A DNA stretch of 64,000 bases, from the NCBI RefSeq assembly GCF_000143415.4, contig NW_003314269.1:1805544-1869543 (forward strand), written 5' to 3'. Below the pieces are notes generated by a model. It did no database searches. It was not told the DNA's origin and saw nothing but the letters and a program-made list of their open reading frames with translations. The position numbers and the translations under genes are program-made. Positions 60,401-64,000 of the stretch are shown here, piece after piece. Each line of letters begins with the position of its first letter. Position 1 is the stretch's first letter. This stretch comes from Selaginella moellendorffii (lineage: Eukaryota > Plantae > Lycopodiophyta).

Positions 60401-61707
60401 GGTAGCGCATCTGCATTAGACAAAGAGGTTGCCTCCTAACTCATTTAAGTTGGTGCATTTCTCACATAGTGTGAGTACTGTGAACTTTTTCTGGAGTTGT
60501 TTCCTTGGCGGTATTCTAGACTCGAGTATATATCGACGAGGACGTCGATCTTCCCTAGGGGGGGAGAGTGTCGCGCATGTGACTTCGGGTATCGAAAGTT
60601 ACCTGTCGACTAGTCCTTACAGACACTCTTACCTTACTGCCACGATGGCAGGAGGTCGGTATTACTGGTTCCTTTTATTAGCCCCTCTTGTTCAAGTGTT
60701 AGTTTACTAGGCTTAGCACCTGTACTTAGCCAGATGGACATAAGGTAAGAACTCCTATGTGTTTCTAGCTGAGCATACTTGGCCTGGCTCTTAGTTCTCT
60801 TTTGCTCTATCTTGCATTGGCTTGACAAGAACCCTCGCGTATTGAGATTGGTCCTTCAATATCGCCGGATGATAGCTTACCGTGTCTGCCAAACACCTTC
60901 GCTATCATGCCCTTTGTGTTGGTCTCATTTCGGTCCCAAATGCTATTTATGGAAAGTGTCCAGATTTGCTCATTTGGCATATCTACGGAATGTAGAGATT
61001 GTCCTGAACACAATGGTGTTCGTCTCGTGTCCAAATTCACAATCTAGTGACATTCCATATTTAATAAGTTTTGAACTTGTCCCAGAGACTAACTCCTGAT
61101 ACTAAGGGAAGCTTGGGGTGAAAGCCCAAAGCGTGTGTTCCTCAAGGGGGGGGGGGGGGGGGGCTGTGGGGGGTTCCAAATGGATAGTAGGGATAGTGGG
61201 TACGTTGGGCATGGCCGACCAACCTCAGTCATAATCTAGCTCCCGCTTGCGTGCCTGTCCTTGTTCTGCGTCCGGCTTGGGTCTAAGCCCAAGTTCCATT
61301 CCATGCTAGTTGGTGGAGTACCCATATCCTCACGTTAGGCCACCGGTATGCTGAAATAGTGCCAGACTTCGTTTGGCTCCGTTTTGCGTGCTGGTTCTAG
61401 CATTGGGATGCTGGTTGCTCCAAGACTGTTCCAAGTCGCTCCAGGCTTCTGTCCCTTCGCTCCTTGGGCTTCATGCTCGGGAGTTGCTCCGTGGTTCTGT
61501 TCCATCACTCCTCGGCTCCATGCTTGGGAGTTTGGCACCGTTCCTTCGTTTAGTGGCCCAAGGCCTTGAACCTCGGGTTCCTATGGACACGTGGCATGTG
61601 ACACGTGGCATCTGTCACATGGCACAAAGAGGGTTTAGGTTCCGCTTCATGGTGTTATCCTATGGTAAATCACCATAGGATAAAGGGTCAAAACCACGTG
61701 CGCTACA
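54435..61707 (+). mobile_element. Complete non-autonomous LTR element (LARD-like), 7273 bp, with TSD GTCTC
   Basis: LTRs 54435-55582 and 60569-61707 are near-identical; PBS-like AGGTATCAGAG at ~55585; PPT GGGGGGGAGAG at 60558-60568; GTCTC at 54430-54434 and 61708-61712; ~5 kb interior without a long ORF. Confidence 0.92.
55461..55500 (+). promoter_or_regulatory. Three tandem G-box/ABRE motifs (CACGTGGC) in the LTR
   Basis: GACACGTGGCATGTGACACGTGGCATCTGTCACGTGGCAC; two remain intact in the 3' LTR (61586-61625). Confidence 0.6.
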
Positions 61708-64000
61708 GTCTCATTTCTTTCACCGGACAATCAGGACTTAAGGCTATTGGACTTGGGTGCAACTTCTTGCTTCATGAACATAGACTTTGCTGCCCGACAT
61801 CACGTTCCTCTTTCTCCTACCATACGGGATCTAAGGGTTGAAGCCATCGGTGGGCATTTTGTGTCTCCATCTTCTAGACTTAGGGAAACATTGCCCTTTC
61901 AAGTACACATCAGGTCCACCATCACCGATATCACCTTCAACATCATCAATAGCAAATCCTCCTCTGTGGTGCTCGGCCTTCCCTAGTTCCAACTACACTA
62001 GCCTTAAATCTGTTGGAAGGAATTACAGCTTGTTTCTCCCACATCACCATCTCCCATGTCTTCCTCTGCTGTTCATCGAGTCCGAATCAGGAAAAGTTCC
62101 CTAAACTCAAATCAGGCTTCTAGTCCTGACTCTACAAAGTTTTCACCCTCTTTGTTCATTATCCTTTAATCTTATTTTCCCTCTCTTCCATTTTACACTA
62201 GACAATATCCTTGTCCCATCATTCCATTCAGTCATACGCCTCCTCTTATATCCACAATCACTATAAAAGAACTCCATGAAGAACTTGTTTTCCTTTTTGC
62301 TTTGCATGTTTCTCTTGTTAGTCTTTCTAAGAAGTATTATGATTTTGGGGATGTGTTTGACAAGAAAAAAGCTAGTGTACTACTTGTTCATCAACCTTAC
62401 GACTGTCCCATTGATTTACAGGACGGAGCGTCACCTCTATGAAGGCCTATCTATGGGTTATCCCCATCCGAACTTAAAGCTGTCAAAGAGTACATGGACG
62501 AGAACCTTGCATTGGGGTACATTCAACATTTGCAGTCCCCAACTGGAGTGCCTATCTTCTTTGTCAAGAAGAAGGATGGGAGTTTGCAGCTAGTTATCAA
62601 CTATCAAGGTATGAACAAGGTGACTGTTTAGAACCATTATCCGCTGCCCCTGATCTCAGACCTGTTGGAATGCCTTGGCAGTGCCCGCTTCTTCACCAAA
62701 ATTGACCTCCGTGGAGCATACAACCTAATCTAAATCCAGCCTGGTGATGAATGGAAGATTGCATTCTAAACCCACTATGGCCACTTTGAGTACACTGTCA
62801 TGGCATTTGGCTTAACAAATGCTCCAGTAGTATTCCAACACATGGCAAATGACGTCTTTCGGGAGTTTCTTGATCAAATGGTGATCATTTACCTCAATGA
62901 CATCCTCATCTACTCAAAAACTCAGGAGGAACACGATGAGCATGTGCGCACGGTGCTGGTGAAGCTGCGGGAACACGGCCTATACGCAAAGCTTGAGAAA
63001 TGTTCCTTCGATTAGGAGTCTGTGGAGTTCCTTGGGTACATTGTCACTCCTGAGGGCATTATGATGGATCCTGCCAAAGTCAAGACTATTCTTGAATGGG
63101 AGCCTCCACAATCAATGTCGGATGTTCAGGTTTTCCTTGGCTTCGCCAACTTTTACCACAAATTCATTGATCACTACTTTGACATTGTCCTTCCTCTCAT
63201 GCATCTCACTCACAAGGATGTTTCCTTCTCTTGGTCTACTGCTACCCAACAGGACTTTGACACACTCAAGGCAACCTTCAATTTTGCTCCCGTCTTGATC
63301 CATGCTGATCCCTCATAACCTTTCTTCATTGAGGTGGATGCCTCTGATTTTGCCATTGGTGTTGTGCTGTCTCAACTTGGAGCAGATCAGGAATTTCATC
63401 CGGTCGCTTTCCATTCTCGGAAATTCTAACCTATGGAGATCAATTACAAAATCCACAACAAGGAGCTCCTTGCCATTGTGGATTCCTTTGGAGAGTGGCG
63501 TCATTTCTTGGAGGGGGTGAGCCATCAAACAACGGTCTAGATGGATCACAAAAATCTCAAGTACTTTGCCACTTCCTGAGTTTTGAGCCATCGTCAGGCA
63601 AGGTGGGCACAATTCCTAAGTTTGACTTTGTTATCAAGTACAAACCTGGAAAGCTTCAGGGCCTTCTTGATGCTCTTTCAAGGTGCTCCTATCTCAGTCT
63701 TAGGCTTAGTAATCCTGCCTTCAATCAACAGCATCAGATTATCCTCGGTCCTGATTGGCTTCAAGTTATGGCAATTTCCCTAGCCCCTCGGGACTCCTCC
63801 TTGATGGACACGATCAGAAATGATCTTCAATCTGACGACCTCGCTAGTAACATTTTCTCCCATCTTCAGGTTGGACACTCAGTGACTCTCGACTGCCGGC
63901 GATTTGATGAGTTTGAGTTCTTAGATGGCTTGTTGTACCATGGGGAGCAGCTTTACATTCCTGAAGGTGATGCTCGAAGGTTGGTCCTGATGGCGTGCCA

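Larger units (their letters stand above)
52899..64000 (+). mobile_element. Ty3/gypsy B (Tf1/Tcn1 chromovirus-like): 5' LTR 52899-53258, gag ~53350-54320, pol resumes at 61713 and runs off the window
   Basis: Gag PEPKVSFPAKFSGKRSELHGFL; protease LLDLGATSCF; [45 protein letters not shown]; RNase [20 protein letters not shown]. Confidence 0.9.

Overview
Eukaryotic plant nuclear DNA. Compact genes, 50-85 bp GT-AG introns and a flagellar gene (CFAP77) point to a plant with flagellated sperm, most likely a Selaginella-type lycophyte (inference). Positions 1-24 kb are gene-dense: 3' end of a WRN/RecQ-like helicase, an STP13-like hexose transporter, CFAP77, an F-box/LRR/ankyrin gene, a DUF7796-like type II membrane protein, a UCP012943-like gene, a secreted precursor with three IDA-like peptide repeats, and the NEDD8 protease DEN1. 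Many local duplicated or inverted gene fragments are mixed in. Positions 24-64 kb are a transposon block: a foldback repeat, a scrambled copia, an assembly gap, an ~11 kb decayed Mutator-like element, and a five-level nest of gypsy and non-autonomous LTR elements. Top candidate for a new system: the Mutator-like element (32-43 kb) carries, head-to-head with its SWIM/MULE transposase, an intron-containing gene fusing a ParB/Srx-like domain to a prokaryote-type beta-class N4/N6 DNA methyltransferase fold, with a 22-bp tandem array between the two genes. Second candidate: the triple IDA-like peptide precursor. All calls come from manual translation and motif recall; no database searches were run.
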